Positions 17,869 to 28,089 of a stretch of 64,000 nt of DNA are shown here, piece by piece. Under the pieces are notes generated by a model that saw nothing but the letters and a program-made list of their open reading frames with translations, ran no database searches and was not told where the DNA came from. The DNA is from Candidatus Omnitrophota bacterium (lineage in GTDB: Bacteria; Omnitrophota; Gorgyraeia; 2-01-FULL-45-10): NCBI GenBank assembly GCA_041650935.1, contig JBAZKH010000002.1:64372-128371 (forward strand), written 5' to 3'. Numbering within the stretch: the stretch's first letter is position 1; the number at the start of each line of letters is the position of its first letter. Made by a program: the position numbers and the translations under genes.

Positions 17869-19630
17869 GATATATTGGAAACTGACCTTTATATTTTGCT
17901 CGCTCATAGTCCTTATACTTACCGCGGCATATTTTTATCTTAATACCCACCTGAAGACCTACACTGAAACTCGTATACAGGATAACCTAAAAAAAGACCT
18001 CCTTTTAAACAAGAACCTTATCGACAACGAGTTGAGCCATAAGATAAACTCTGCCGATACGGATGATCTTGCCAATCGAATCGGCCAAAGTTTAGGCGTG
18101 CGGGCGACTATCATCAATCCAGAAGGCGTTGTCATTGGCGACTCCGAAGTAGGCAAGGAGGGGCTGCCGAAGCTCGAAAATCATATAACAAGAACTGAAG
18201 TTCAGGATGCCTTGCGAGAAGGTTTTGGTCAGAGCAAGCGTTTTAGCACCAGTATAAGAAAGAATATGCTGTATATGGCAGTTCCTTTAGGAAAAGGAAA
18301 ACTTATTGGAATATTGAGATTGGCTATCCCGCTTTCCGATATAGAGCTTATCGAGTCAAGGATGTTTAAGACTATAGGCATAACAGTAATTTTTGCTCTT
18401 CTTGCCACATTGATCGCAAGTTTTTTTGTTTCAATCATGATTTCGAGGCCGTTATACGAAATGTCTGCCATAGCAAAGCGCCTTGCAACGGGAGATTTTT
18501 CAAGAAAAGCGATAGTGCATTCTAACGATGAAACTGGAGACCTCGCCAAGGCCCTGAACGATATGGCGGATGAAATAAATGCAAAAGTGAAGAATATATC
18601 ATCCGAAAAGGCAAAGCTGGAGGCGATACTATCAAGTATGTTTGAAGGGATAATGCTTACAAACGAAAGAGGCGAAATCCTGTTGCTCAACCCATCGATC
18701 AGAAAGCTGTTTTTTATCGACTCATCACCGGAAGGCAGGAAGCCGTTAGAAGTAATACGGAATAACGCGATACAGGAGATCGTCGACAGGGTTTTACATG
18801 AAAATAGAGAGGTCATAACACAGGAAGTCAGCATTTCGATACCGGAACAAAAGACGATAATGATAAACGGAGTGCCCATTATTAAAGATAATATTATCGA
18901 GGGCGCTGTTTTCGTTTTCCATGATATTACAGAATTAAAACGTCTCGAAGAAATCCGCAAAGATTTTGTAGCAAATGTTTCGCATGAACTGCGCACCCCC
19001 ATATCAAGCATCAAAGGTTACGCGGAAACGCTTTTAGATGGAAAGGTTGATAACGAGGATACCGTAAAAGAATTCTTGAGTATCATCTATCAGGACAGCA
19101 ACCGCCTTGCGAATCTAATAGATGACCTGCTGGATCTTTCTAAGATAGAATCCGGCAAGATGAAGATGGAATTCGAACCCTTGGAGATATTGCCAATCGT
19201 AAGTCGATGTGTAAATGTGTTAGAAAAAACGGCTAAGGATAAAACGCTATCCTTAAAATTGGACATTCCTGCTGATTTGTCAAAGGTATTGGGTGATCAC
19301 AAGCGGCTATCGCAGGTTTTCTTAAATCTTTTGGATAATGCCATAAAATATACCCCTGAAGGTGGATCAATAACCGTAATCGCCACCAGCAAAGAAAAGA
19401 TAGTTCAAATCGACATTTCCGATACAGGGATCGGCATTGCCGAGAAGGACCTACCGAGAATATTTGAACGCTTTTACAGGGTCGATAAAGCCCGTTCCCG
19501 GGAGCTCGGGGGAACAGGGTTAGGCCTTTCTATCGTCAAGCATATCATTCAAGCCCACAACGGCCAGGTCTGGGTGCAATCAACACTCGGACAGGGCTCT
19601 ACATTTAGCTTCACCATTCCGACAGCTTAA
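17858..19630 (+). CDS. phoR: Sensor histidine kinase (PhoR-like) with N-terminal TM, HAMP, PAS, HisKA and HATPase domains
   Basis: 590 aa. H-box VSHELRTPISSIKGY. G-boxes DTGIGI and GGTGLGLSIVK. Start overlaps the stop of the regulator. Confidence 0.75.
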   Translation: MRIRIYWKLTFIFCSLIVLILTAAYFYLNTHLKTYTETRIQDNLKKDLLLNKNLIDNELSHKINSADTDDLANRIGQSLGVRATIINPEGVVIGDSEVGKEGLPKLENHITRTEVQDALREGFGQSKRFSTSIRKNMLYMAVPLGKGKLIGILRLAIPLSDIELIESRMFKTIGITVIFALLATLIASFFVSIMISRPLYEMSAIAKRLATGDFSRKAIVHSNDETGDLAKALNDMADEINAKVKNISSEKAKLEAILSSMFEGIMLTNERGEILLLNPSIRKLFFIDSSPEGRKPLEVIRNNAIQEIVDRVLHENREVITQEVSISIPEQKTIMINGVPIIKDNIIEGAVFVFHDITELKRLEEIRKDFVANVSHELRTPISSIKGYAETLLDGKVDNEDTVKEFLSIIYQDSNRLANLIDDLLDLSKIESGKMKMEFEPLEILPIVSRCVNVLEKTAKDKTLSLKLDIPADLSKVLGDHKRLSQVFLNLLDNAIKYTPEGGSITVIATSKEKIVQIDISDTGIGIAEKDLPRIFERFYRVDKARSRELGGTGLGLSIVKHIIQAHNGQVWVQSTLGQGSTFSFTIPTA

Positions 19631-19901
19631 TTCCCAGATAATACCCCGTTTTACAATTCACACACAGTTCACATCCCCTTAAGGATTTTGTCACCTCACC
19701 ACGCTATACTTCCATTGAACAAAGAAAGCGAGGTGGCAAAATGATGAAAGATACCCTTCAGATAATATTCGCAGCATCCTTATTAGTAACTCTGATTTTT
19801 GTACTGCTTCGCTACGTAAAACCTCGTAGGAATCAAGCCGAGTTTATTATAGGCCTGTTGAAAAACTTAAGCGAAAAAAATGGGTTGGAGGGGAAATATA
19901 T

Positions 19902-20606
19902 ATGCCGCAAAAAAAGAAAATACTGATTGTAGATGACGAAAAACAACTTGTGTCATTGGTCAGCCTCCACATGAAGATGTCCGGCTATGAGGTCCTATCA
20001 GCCAAAGACGGTGAAGAGGCGTTGGCTATCACCAAGGAAGAGGCCCCGGATCTCATAATACTCGATCTGATGCTTCCTAAAATAGACGGCTGGGAAGTTT
20101 GTAAGCGACTAAGAGCGGAATCAAAGATAGGGGATATTCCCGTAATAATGTTGACTGCTCGTTCGGAAGCCGGAGACAAGCTAAAAGGATTCGAATGCGG
20201 CGCCGATGATTACGTAACGAAACCTTTTAGCCCAAGAGAGCTTGTAGCGCGTGTAAAGCGGGTTCTTGCCAGAGCCGAAAAAGGACCTTCAACACCTACA
20301 AGATATAGCTTCGGCGATGTTGATATAGACCTTGAAAATTTTACGGTTAAGGTGAAAGACGAGGAAATCCCTATTACTGAGAAAGAAAGAGGCATCCTTA
20401 AGGTGCTTATAAGCAGGCCCGGCGAGCTTTTTACCCGGGATCAATTATTGGATGCCGTATGGAGTAATAAGGACAGCGTTGAATATGGCAATATTGACGT
20501 TCATATAAGGCATCTAAGAGAAAAAATAGAAAAAGACCCGGAAAACCCGCAGATAATCAAGACGGTTAAAGGCGCGGGTTATATATGTGAGGTACGGGCA
20601 GTATAG
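19902..20606 (+). CDS. Second OmpR-family response regulator with no kinase of its own
   Basis: 234 aa. ILIVDDE...DLIILDLMLP...KPFSPRELVARVKRVL. Confidence 0.8.
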   Translation: MPQKKKILIVDDEKQLVSLVSLHMKMSGYEVLSAKDGEEALAITKEEAPDLIILDLMLPKIDGWEVCKRLRAESKIGDIPVIMLTARSEAGDKLKGFECGADDYVTKPFSPRELVARVKRVLARAEKGPSTPTRYSFGDVDIDLENFTVKVKDEEIPITEKERGILKVLISRPGELFTRDQLLDAVWSNKDSVEYGNIDVHIRHLREKIEKDPENPQIIKTVKGAGYICEVRAV

Positions 20607-20648
20607 ATGAATAATGGGCTCCGAATTCAAAAGAAAGGAGGTGAAAAA

Positions 20649-20843
20649 ATGTTCGGTGATGAACTGACAATAGGGAGCGTTAGAGCTCAGTCAAATCGTC
20701 TTAAAGAAATCCTGTCTCAGATAGAAAATGATGAAAAATGGCAGGATCACAGCTCGTATTATGCCAAAGAGATGCATGATATCGAGAGGAATTTGAGAAG
20801 GATCCGAAAGACGGATTTTGAGCTTATAAATAAGTGTGGATAG
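20649..20843 (+). CDS. Hypothetical small protein. Start reassigned to an internal Met with a strong RBS.
   Basis: AAGGAGGTG lies 7 nt before ATG 20649. The track ORF 20607-20843 is trimmed accordingly. Confidence 0.3.
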   Translation: MFGDELTIGSVRAQSNRLKEILSQIENDEKWQDHSSYYAKEMHDIERNLRRIRKTDFELINKCG

Positions 20844-20888
20844 ATAACTGATAAGGATATCAATGATGAAAAAAGGAGAAAGGAAACG

Positions 20889-22277
20889 ATGAAAAAGATA
20901 TTATTAGCCGTAGTTTTAGGAGCCCTGTTCCTGATAATGGCTAAAACACCGGCGCAGGCAGGGGAAGTTGATGTTTTGGTGCAGAAGCTGGTTGAGAAAA
21001 ACATTCTCACACCGGCTGACGCGCAGATAATTCTTGATGAAACAAAGATTCAAGTCTCAAAAGATCTCGCGCAGGCAAAGTCGCTTTCTGTGCCTGAGTG
21101 GACCCAGAGGATAAAATGGGGAGGAGATGTAAGGTTCAGAACGCAGGGTGATTGGGGCAGCCCTACCGGAGCAGCCGCGACAGACGTCGTAAAACATCAG
21201 AGGATCAGAGAAAGGGTTCGTGGTAGATTCTATATGGAAGGGAAAATTAATGACTTCATGTATGGCGGGGTGAGGTTTGCTGGCGGAGGCACGAGCGCAA
21301 GATCCACCAATGACACTCTTGACGATTATTTTACCAAAGATATGGTAATGTTTGATCAGTACTATATCAGGACTGAGGCACCAAGCGATATGATCAGGGA
21401 TTACGGCCAGTATTTTAGCGATGCCAAACTCTGGTTGGGAAGATTTCCTATTCCATATGAGTATTCTGAGCTCGTATGGGACTCGGATATAAATTTGAAC
21501 GGCATCGCATTCCAGTATGTATCCCCTGATTTAAAGACAGGTGTGCTGCCTGATATCAACATCTACTCTAATATGGGTTTTCACTGGGTAAATGAAGGCG
21601 CCAACATTAGCGATGATCCGCTGCTCTTTGGGTATCAGGTAGGTGGAAAGACCGCTCCTTTTGGCCCCCTCGATACCATACTTAATATAGCAGCCAGCAT
21701 GTGGGATTTTACGCACTTGAAAAACAAGGCCCCCACAGGATCGGCGCTCACAAATTCACGCTGGTGGAACGGTGCCGGGCTTGACAACCCTACGAATACC
21801 GACAGGTTTAATTATTATCTGTTCGATGTACTGCTTAACGTGGACAACTCAAAGATATTCGGTATTGAGTTTCCGCACGGCTTCTATACAGATCTAGTTC
21901 ACAACATGGGATGCTCTACTGAAAACAACGGATGTCTGGTAGGCGGGTATATAGGTAAGAAGAAATTGAAAGTTCCGGGAGACTGGAAGGTCAGGGCCGA
22001 ATGGCGCTACATAGAGCGCGATGCAGTTACGGACTTCACTCCGGATTCGGACTTCTACGGCTTCGGTACTTATAACACGGCCGCCACCAGCGCTAACACG
22101 AACGGTATGCCGAGAGAAGGCGGCACTAATGGCAAAGGTATCAATCTGGCCGCCGAGTATCAGCTCTTTAAGAACACTACGCTGAACATTGAATACTACT
22201 GGATGGAGCCCATAAAGTCTTGGCAAAATATGAAGCCATGGAATGAGCTCCAGGTCGATGTAGTAACGAAGTTCTAG
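20889..22277 (+). CDS. Outer-membrane porin with signal peptide. Probably a Pho-regulon phosphate-selective porin (OprO/OprP-like).
   Basis: 462 aa. N-terminal signal MKKILLAVVLGALFLIMAKTPAQA. Aromatic-rich beta-strand pattern ending in F. Located between the pho regulators and pstS. Confidence 0.45.
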   Translation: MKKILLAVVLGALFLIMAKTPAQAGEVDVLVQKLVEKNILTPADAQIILDETKIQVSKDLAQAKSLSVPEWTQRIKWGGDVRFRTQGDWGSPTGAAATDVVKHQRIRERVRGRFYMEGKINDFMYGGVRFAGGGTSARSTNDTLDDYFTKDMVMFDQYYIRTEAPSDMIRDYGQYFSDAKLWLGRFPIPYEYSELVWDSDINLNGIAFQYVSPDLKTGVLPDINIYSNMGFHWVNEGANISDDPLLFGYQVGGKTAPFGPLDTILNIAASMWDFTHLKNKAPTGSALTNSRWWNGAGLDNPTNTDRFNYYLFDVLLNVDNSKIFGIEFPHGFYTDLVHNMGCSTENNGCLVGGYIGKKKLKVPGDWKVRAEWRYIERDAVTDFTPDSDFYGFGTYNTAATSANTNGMPREGGTNGKGINLAAEYQLFKNTTLNIEYYWMEPIKSWQNMKPWNELQVDVVTKF

Positions 22278-22405
22278 AGCCCTTCGACAAAAGCTCAGGA
22301 CTCTATCCTGAGCGAAGTCGAAGGATAGAGTTCACAAAGATTTCACATTTCTGTCACGTAAAATATATAATAACATAGTATAATTTAAACCAGAAGGAGG
22401 AGGAA

Positions 22406-23347
22406 ATGAATAGATTCGTTCGGTTGTTTACTATAGGTGCCGCGCTTGTCTTCTACTGTAATATTTGCTTGGCGGAAGATATGGTGCAGGTGAAGGGTTC
22501 CGACACCCTTATTAACATGGTGCAGAAACTGTCCGAGATATATATGGCGAAAAAGCCAGGCACCGCCATCGCTGTTACAGGAGGCGGATCAGGCACAGGG
22601 ATAGCGGGTTTAATAAACAAAAAATGCGATATAGCGAATTCATCGCGGCAGATCAAATCGAGCGAGGTTGAAGACGCCAATAAAAGAGGGGTAGATCCGA
22701 AAAGAGTAGTCGTAGCGATAGACGCTCTTAGCATTATAGTAAGCGCGCAAAATTCGGTCGATAAGCTTACGGTCGATCAGATCGGTAAGATCTATAGGGG
22801 CGAAGTAAAGAATTGGAATGAAGTAGGCGGGAATGATTTGCCCATTACCCTTTATGGCAGGCAATCAAATTCCGGCACCTACGATTTTATGAAAGAAAAT
22901 GTTATGCTCGGGGAATACTCCCCGAACCTTAAGAGCATGAACGGTAACGCGCAGATAGCGGAGGCCCTTAAACAGGACGCTTCCGGCATAGGCTATGTAG
23001 GAGTCGGCTATGCCAAAGAGGCGTCCGGTATCAAGGTGTTAAAAGTGGCTACCAAGCCGGGGGCTACCTATTATGATCCGATGAACTCTATTGATGTGAA
23101 GAACGGCAAATACCCGATAACACGGCCGCTTAATCAATATGTGAACGGCACTCCAAAGGGAGCTGTCAGGAACTTCATTATATTTGAGCTAAGCGAAGAA
23201 GGTCAGGCAATAGTTGAGAAAGAAGGCTTTTTCGCGATACCGGGCGAATATCAGGCTTATAACGACCAGACTCTCGGTATAACAGGGACGGTGAGAGACG
23301 ACCCTATGAGGCCCAAGGATCTTGGCGTAAATGACGGTATAGGATAG
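22406..23347 (+). CDS. pstS: Phosphate ABC transporter substrate-binding protein
   Basis: 313 aa. Signal peptide. PBP-fold motifs GSDT and TGGGSGTG. Confidence 0.8.
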   Translation: MNRFVRLFTIGAALVFYCNICLAEDMVQVKGSDTLINMVQKLSEIYMAKKPGTAIAVTGGGSGTGIAGLINKKCDIANSSRQIKSSEVEDANKRGVDPKRVVVAIDALSIIVSAQNSVDKLTVDQIGKIYRGEVKNWNEVGGNDLPITLYGRQSNSGTYDFMKENVMLGEYSPNLKSMNGNAQIAEALKQDASGIGYVGVGYAKEASGIKVLKVATKPGATYYDPMNSIDVKNGKYPITRPLNQYVNGTPKGAVRNFIIFELSEEGQAIVEKEGFFAIPGEYQAYNDQTLGITGTVRDDPMRPKDLGVNDGIG

Positions 23348-23372
23348 ATGCATATGAAAGGATTGATAGGCC

Positions 23373-24263
23373 ATGGCTAAGCATAATAATTTCAAAGAGA
23401 AACTTATCCATGGCCTATTCTTCCTTAATGGGCTGCTGGTAGTAATAGTTCTAGTGGGCATATTTGTCTTATTGGTAACAAAATCCCTGCCGGCCTTCAA
23501 AGAAATACGTTTTAGCGAATTTCTGTTTAAGGCAAATTGGAATCCTACCGCTACCTTTGTGACGCCCTCATACGGAATAGGATCTATGCTTGTAAGCACG
23601 TTGATGGTATCTATAGGCGCCCTCGCTATCGCTATACCGCTTGGCATAGGCGCAGCCGCATATTTATCTGATGTGGCGAGCCAACGAGTCAGAGAAATAG
23701 CAAAGCCTATAATAGAGATATTGGCAGGCATACCTTCTGTGGTCATCGGTTTTCTTGGAATAGTATTAGTGGGGCCGGTTATCGCCAAGATATTCCATAT
23801 TTCAAACGGCCTGAATGCCCTTAATGGGTCAATTCTTCTTGCCGTTATGGCGTTGCCCACTATTATAAGTTTATCGGAAGACGCCCTGAATAGCGTCCCT
23901 AAATCGTTTCAAGAGGCATCACTTGCGCTGGGGGCCACACACTGGCAAACTCTGGTTAGGGTAAAAATACCGGCGGCGTTATCGGGAATAATCGCGGCCA
24001 GCATGCTGGGCATGGGCAGGGCCATAGGCGAGACCATGACTGTTTTAATGGCTACAGGTTGCGCCATCGCGATGCCGACAAGTTTTTTGCAATCCGTACA
24101 GACCATGACCGCGACTATAGCCATTGAACTGGGCGAAGTGCCCTATAATACAACCCATTATTACGCTCTTTTCGGCATAGGTCTTGTACTATTTATTATT
24201 ACTTTCATTGTAAATATGATTTCCGACATCGTATTGCATAAGTATCAGAGGGTCTTGAAATGA
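23373..24263 (+). CDS. pstC: Phosphate ABC transporter permease PstC
   Basis: 296 aa polytopic membrane protein with an EAA-like loop. Gene order pstS-C-A-B. Confidence 0.8.
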   Translation: MAKHNNFKEKLIHGLFFLNGLLVVIVLVGIFVLLVTKSLPAFKEIRFSEFLFKANWNPTATFVTPSYGIGSMLVSTLMVSIGALAIAIPLGIGAAAYLSDVASQRVREIAKPIIEILAGIPSVVIGFLGIVLVGPVIAKIFHISNGLNALNGSILLAVMALPTIISLSEDALNSVPKSFQEASLALGATHWQTLVRVKIPAALSGIIAASMLGMGRAIGETMTVLMATGCAIAMPTSFLQSVQTMTATIAIELGEVPYNTTHYYALFGIGLVLFIITFIVNMISDIVLHKYQRVLK

Positions 24264-25114
24264 AGGCCAGACAATTTAAAGAGATTTTTGGGTTTAATAT
24301 CCTAAGGCTATGTGTAGGCATTGTTATCGTCATTTTAATAGTTATTTTATACGATATAACAAGTAAGGGCATCGGGGTGATAAGCTGGAAGTTCCTTACA
24401 GCTATGCCCAAGAATGGAATGACAGAAGGCGGTATATTGCCCGCCATAGTAGGCACTTTTTTAGTAACCGTTATAACGGCGTTATTATCCATTCCTTTAG
24501 GGATGGGATGCGCTATTTATTTGAATGAATATGCCAGAGATAATAAAATTACTCGGCTGATCCGCATGTCTATACGTAATTTATCAGGCGTGCCTTCAAT
24601 AGTATATGGGTTATTCGGTGTAATATTGTTTGTCCAGATGATGAATTTAGGGACCTGTATCCTATCAGCAGGATTTACCCTCGGGCTTATGACCTTGCCA
24701 TGGACGATCACAGCAAGTGAAGAGGCATTAAAAAATGTGCCAAATTCATATAGAGAAGGGGCTCTTGCCTTGGGTGCCACAAAATGGCAGGCGATTAAGA
24801 CTAACGTACTGCCATATGCCATCCCCGGAATGTTAACCGGCACTATATTGGGCTTATCTCGCGCCGCCGGAGAGACGGCGCCCATCCTTTTTACCGGAGC
24901 GGCTTTTTCCCTCCCGTTTTTGCCGAAGTCTCTGTTCAGCCAATTTATGGCATTGCCATATCATCTTTATATAATGTCAACTCAGCATCATGCCGTGTCT
25001 AAGGTAAGACCTATTGCGTACGGTACGGCCTTAGTGCTTATCGCGCTCGTGTTTATAATGAACCTATGCGCCGTAATGGTGCGGTACCGTTTAAGAAAGA
25101 TTAAGATGGAGTAA
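24260..25114 (+). CDS. pstA: Phosphate ABC transporter permease PstA
   Basis: 284 aa. EAA-type loop [24 protein letters not shown]. Overlaps the pstC stop. Confidence 0.8.
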   Translation: MKARQFKEIFGFNILRLCVGIVIVILIVILYDITSKGIGVISWKFLTAMPKNGMTEGGILPAIVGTFLVTVITALLSIPLGMGCAIYLNEYARDNKITRLIRMSIRNLSGVPSIVYGLFGVILFVQMMNLGTCILSAGFTLGLMTLPWTITASEEALKNVPNSYREGALALGATKWQAIKTNVLPYAIPGMLTGTILGLSRAAGETAPILFTGAAFSLPFLPKSLFSQFMALPYHLYIMSTQHHAVSKVRPIAYGTALVLIALVFIMNLCAVMVRYRLRKIKME

Positions 25115-25118
25115 TCTA

Positions 25119-25877
25119 ATGGACGATATAAAGATAAGAGTCGGGAATTTTAATTTTTACTATGGCAAAACACACGTATTAAAGAATGTGTCGATGGATA
25201 TTGCCACAAATAAAGTAACCGGCATTATTGGCCCGTCAGGATGCGGTAAATCAACATTTTTGCGCAGCATAAACCGTATGAACGACACGATACTTGGCAC
25301 CAAGGCAGAGGGCCGCATGATAATAGACGGTAAGAATATTTATGATGAAGATATTGATGTTGTAGAGATAAGGCGCAAGGTTGGGATGGTGTTTCAAAAA
25401 TCAAACCCTTTTCCGAAGACAATATTTGATAACGTAGCCTATGGGCTCAGAATAAATGGAGTAAAGGATAAATACTATATACAGGAACGGGTGGAAAAAA
25501 GCCTGAAAGACGCGGCAATATGGGATGAGGTTAAGGATAGGTTGAACAAGAACGCATTTGAGCTATCCGGTGGTCAGCAGCAACGGCTTTGTATAGCAAG
25601 AGCATTGGCGGTGGAACCGGAGATAATTCTTATGGATGAGCCCGCTTCCGCGTTAGATCCTACCGCAACGCTGAAGATTGAAGAATTGATACAGCAGCTT
25701 AAGAAGAAATACACTATAATTATCGTAACCCATAATATGCAGCAGGCGGCCAGAATTTCTGACTTCACAGCGTTTTTTATGCTGGGCGAACTCATGGAGT
25801 ATAATATTACGAGCATCATGTTTACAAAACCCAGCAAAAAAATAACCGAAGACTATATAACGGGGAGGTTCGGATGA
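25119..25877 (+). CDS. pstB: Phosphate ABC transporter ATP-binding protein PstB
   Basis: 252 aa. Walker [10 protein letters not shown], signature LSGGQQQRL, Walker B ILMDEP. Confidence 0.9.
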   Translation: MDDIKIRVGNFNFYYGKTHVLKNVSMDIATNKVTGIIGPSGCGKSTFLRSINRMNDTILGTKAEGRMIIDGKNIYDEDIDVVEIRRKVGMVFQKSNPFPKTIFDNVAYGLRINGVKDKYYIQERVEKSLKDAAIWDEVKDRLNKNAFELSGGQQQRLCIARALAVEPEIILMDEPASALDPTATLKIEELIQQLKKKYTIIIVTHNMQQAARISDFTAFFMLGELMEYNITSIMFTKPSKKITEDYITGRFG

Positions 25878-26287
25878 TAAGGGTGATTTTGCTGATAGCT
25901 ATGTGTCTAACCTTATCTTCCTGCGAGACCGTGCGAAGTATCCAGAATGACGAGAGATTTAGTACCGTAGGCTCCTTTGAGCTAAATCCGGTTCAGCTGA
26001 ATAATTATTGGTATAATGGTCAGTCATACGAGTACAATGAATATGAGATAGAGATTACGGCCGGGCCAGGCCCGGCGAAAATTCAGTGGGCCGGGAGAAC
26101 AATAGGTACAACGCCTTTCGTCTATCGCTTCACGGGAATATTGGACAAGGATGACTACATAAAAGTCCGGGCCATCCCTATTGACGGAAATCTTCCGGCT
26201 CAGGAAGCGATGCTTCGTATAAGAAAAGAGCTTCCGAGAAAAATACATTTTGATCTACGAAATAAACAAGAGGCCAATGGTATATGA
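25874..26287 (+). CDS. Hypothetical lipoprotein
   Basis: Signal peptide with lipobox LSSC. 137 aa. Confidence 0.4.
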   Translation: MIRVILLIAMCLTLSSCETVRSIQNDERFSTVGSFELNPVQLNNYWYNGQSYEYNEYEIEITAGPGPAKIQWAGRTIGTTPFVYRFTGILDKDDYIKVRAIPIDGNLPAQEAMLRIRKELPRKIHFDLRNKQEANGI

Positions 26288-26691
26288 AGAAAGTGCTGTT
26301 TGTGTGTGTAGAAAACTCATGCAGAAGCCAGATGGCGGAAGGGTTCGCCAGACTTTCTGGTAAGGGCATATTCGAGCCATATAGCGCCGGGTCAAAGCCA
26401 TCCGGCAAGGTTGATCCTATGGCAATAGAGGTTATGAAAAAGGTAGATATAGATATATCATCACAGAAATCCAAGAGTTTTACCGACCTTGGCGTTAAAG
26501 AATTTGACATGGTTATCACATTAGGATGCGGTGATGTGTGCCCATTTGTTCCCGCGAAGGAACATATAGAATGGAAGGTAGACGATCCGAAAGGCAAAGA
26601 TATCGATTTTTTCAGGGTCGTTCGAGATCAAATCAAAGACCACGTTAAAAGATTAGCAGAATCTATTATTCATAACGAAAGAGGGAGATAA
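26284..26691 (+). CDS. Arsenate reductase / low-molecular-weight protein-tyrosine phosphatase family (ArsC, LMW-PTP type)
   Basis: N-terminal CVENSCRSQMAEG (CX5R P-loop) and downstream Cys residues. 135 aa. Confidence 0.65.
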   Translation: MKKVLFVCVENSCRSQMAEGFARLSGKGIFEPYSAGSKPSGKVDPMAIEVMKKVDIDISSQKSKSFTDLGVKEFDMVITLGCGDVCPFVPAKEHIEWKVDDPKGKDIDFFRVVRDQIKDHVKRLAESIIHNERGR

Positions 26692-26695
26692 AAAA

Positions 26696-27370
26696 ATGGA
26701 AAGACACTTCGACGATGAATTAAGAGATTTAAAACAAGATATTTTGAAAATGGGCGTCTTCGCCCAGGAGGCTATCCATAACTCTATAGAATCCTTAAAG
26801 AATCGCGATAGGGAGTTGGCGAAGAGTATTATAGAAAATGACACAAAAGTAGATAAACTCGAACTTGTCATTGATGAAAAATGCGTTGACTTAATCGCTC
26901 GACACCAGCCACTTGCAAAAGATCTGAGATTCATTACGGTCGGTATGAAACTAAATTCAGAACTCGAAAGGATTGCTGATATAGCGGTTGATATTGCGCA
27001 GCGGGTTCTCGAAATCGTAGATAAGCCGCTTTTAAAGCCTTTAGTCGATATTCCAAAATTGACGGTTGTTGCGCAAAGTATGATAAAAATGGCTGTCGAT
27101 TCATTCGTGAAAGGCGATGTTGAACTGGCCAAAAAAGCTATATTGTCCGACAGTGAAGCCGATAAGCTGCGCAATTTAATAACAAAGGAACTGATCGAAG
27201 ACTATATGGCTAAAGACGCCTCCACGGCTCCAAGAGCTGTTCAGCTTTTATTAATTGCTCGTTTTTTAGAAAGAATTTGCGATCATGCAACAAACATTGC
27301 TGAAGATGTTATTTATATGGTTCAGGCCGAAGTCGTTAAACATCATCCCGAGAAATTGAAGGAGGCGTAA
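26696..27370 (+). CDS. phoU: Phosphate transport system regulator PhoU
   Basis: 224 aa. Two PhoU repeats with conserved ERIADIAVDIA and ERICDHATNIAEDV motifs. Confidence 0.85.
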   Translation: MERHFDDELRDLKQDILKMGVFAQEAIHNSIESLKNRDRELAKSIIENDTKVDKLELVIDEKCVDLIARHQPLAKDLRFITVGMKLNSELERIADIAVDIAQRVLEIVDKPLLKPLVDIPKLTVVAQSMIKMAVDSFVKGDVELAKKAILSDSEADKLRNLITKELIEDYMAKDASTAPRAVQLLLIARFLERICDHATNIAEDVIYMVQAEVVKHHPEKLKEA

Positions 27371-27486
27371 AATAGTTTAAAATAAGATTTAAACTTGAGA
27401 TTTTCTTCAAAAGTAGTAAAATAAGCTCAAGATGAAAGAGCTAAGCCCGAACGAATTTTTGAGGAAACCGAAACAATAAAATAATT

Positions 27487-27520
27487 AAAACCCTCGTTTA
27501 TAATAACGAGGGTTTTTTCT
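27487..27520 (+). terminator. Rho-independent terminator downstream of phoU (AAAACCCTCGTT-TATAATA-ACGAGGGTTTTTTCTTT)
   Basis: Perfect 9-bp GC-containing stem followed by a T-run. Confidence 0.7.
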
Positions 27521-27552
27521 TTGGTAGGAATTAACTTTTCTAGGAGGGAGAA

Positions 27553-28089
27553 ATGGAATATCCCAATTTATATAAAGAACAAACGATTGAAGTGCTCGAT
27601 CTACCCTTTATGATATTGAAAGATGACAATGGTTATATGTGGGAATTCCCGCTGCGCTTAACGCCGCCTCCTTCAGGATGGATGATTGGAGATACGGTTG
27701 TTATTGAACCGGCGGGAGCTACGAGAAAGGGTGAAGATAAAGCTTATTATAAAGTAATCAACAAAACCAGAAAGCAAGAAGCAGGAGCTGGTCTGAATAA
27801 CCCATCTGACAGTATCAAAAAGAACTTAGAATTGAGTGATTTAAAAGAAGACTATGCTAATTATGATGCGGAGATGAGAATTACAAAGATAGAAGGTGAA
27901 TTATTTACGTTGGAAGATAGCTCGAAGTGGTATGTATATAATGTAGTACTCAATCCGGGTCTCTGGAAAGTCGGGGATATAGTGACAGTTGCTAGAGCTA
28001 TTGAAAAAAGCAAGAATAAGATTTGTAAAATGACGAACATTAAGACCGGAAAAGTTTTAATGGCAGTCCGGAAAAGGGCTGAAGAATGA
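27553..28089 (+). CDS. Hypothetical protein, first gene of packaging module 1
   Basis: 178 aa. Stop overlaps the start of the ParB-MTase gene (ATGA). Confidence 0.35.
   Translation: MEYPNLYKEQTIEVLDLPFMILKDDNGYMWEFPLRLTPPPSGWMIGDTVVIEPAGATRKGEDKAYYKVINKTRKQEAGAGLNNPSDSIKKNLELSDLKEDYANYDAEMRITKIEGELFTLEDSSKWYVYNVVLNPGLWKVGDIVTVARAIEKSKNKICKMTNIKTGKVLMAVRKRAEE

Noticed and set aside
18229-19014. 261-aa antisense ORF inside the phoR-like histidine kinase gene
   Set aside because: Entirely embedded antisense to a gene with unambiguous HisKA/HATPase motifs. Composition typical of an antisense artefact.
19741-19926. 61-aa hydrophobic ORF overlapping the start of the second response regulator
   Set aside because: Overlaps the regulator's RBS and start in another frame. 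No RBS of its own. Low confidence, so not listed as a feature.
23189-23860. 223-aa minus-strand ORF spanning the pstS-pstC junction
   Set aside because: Overlaps two clearly identified transporter genes on the opposite strand. No motifs.
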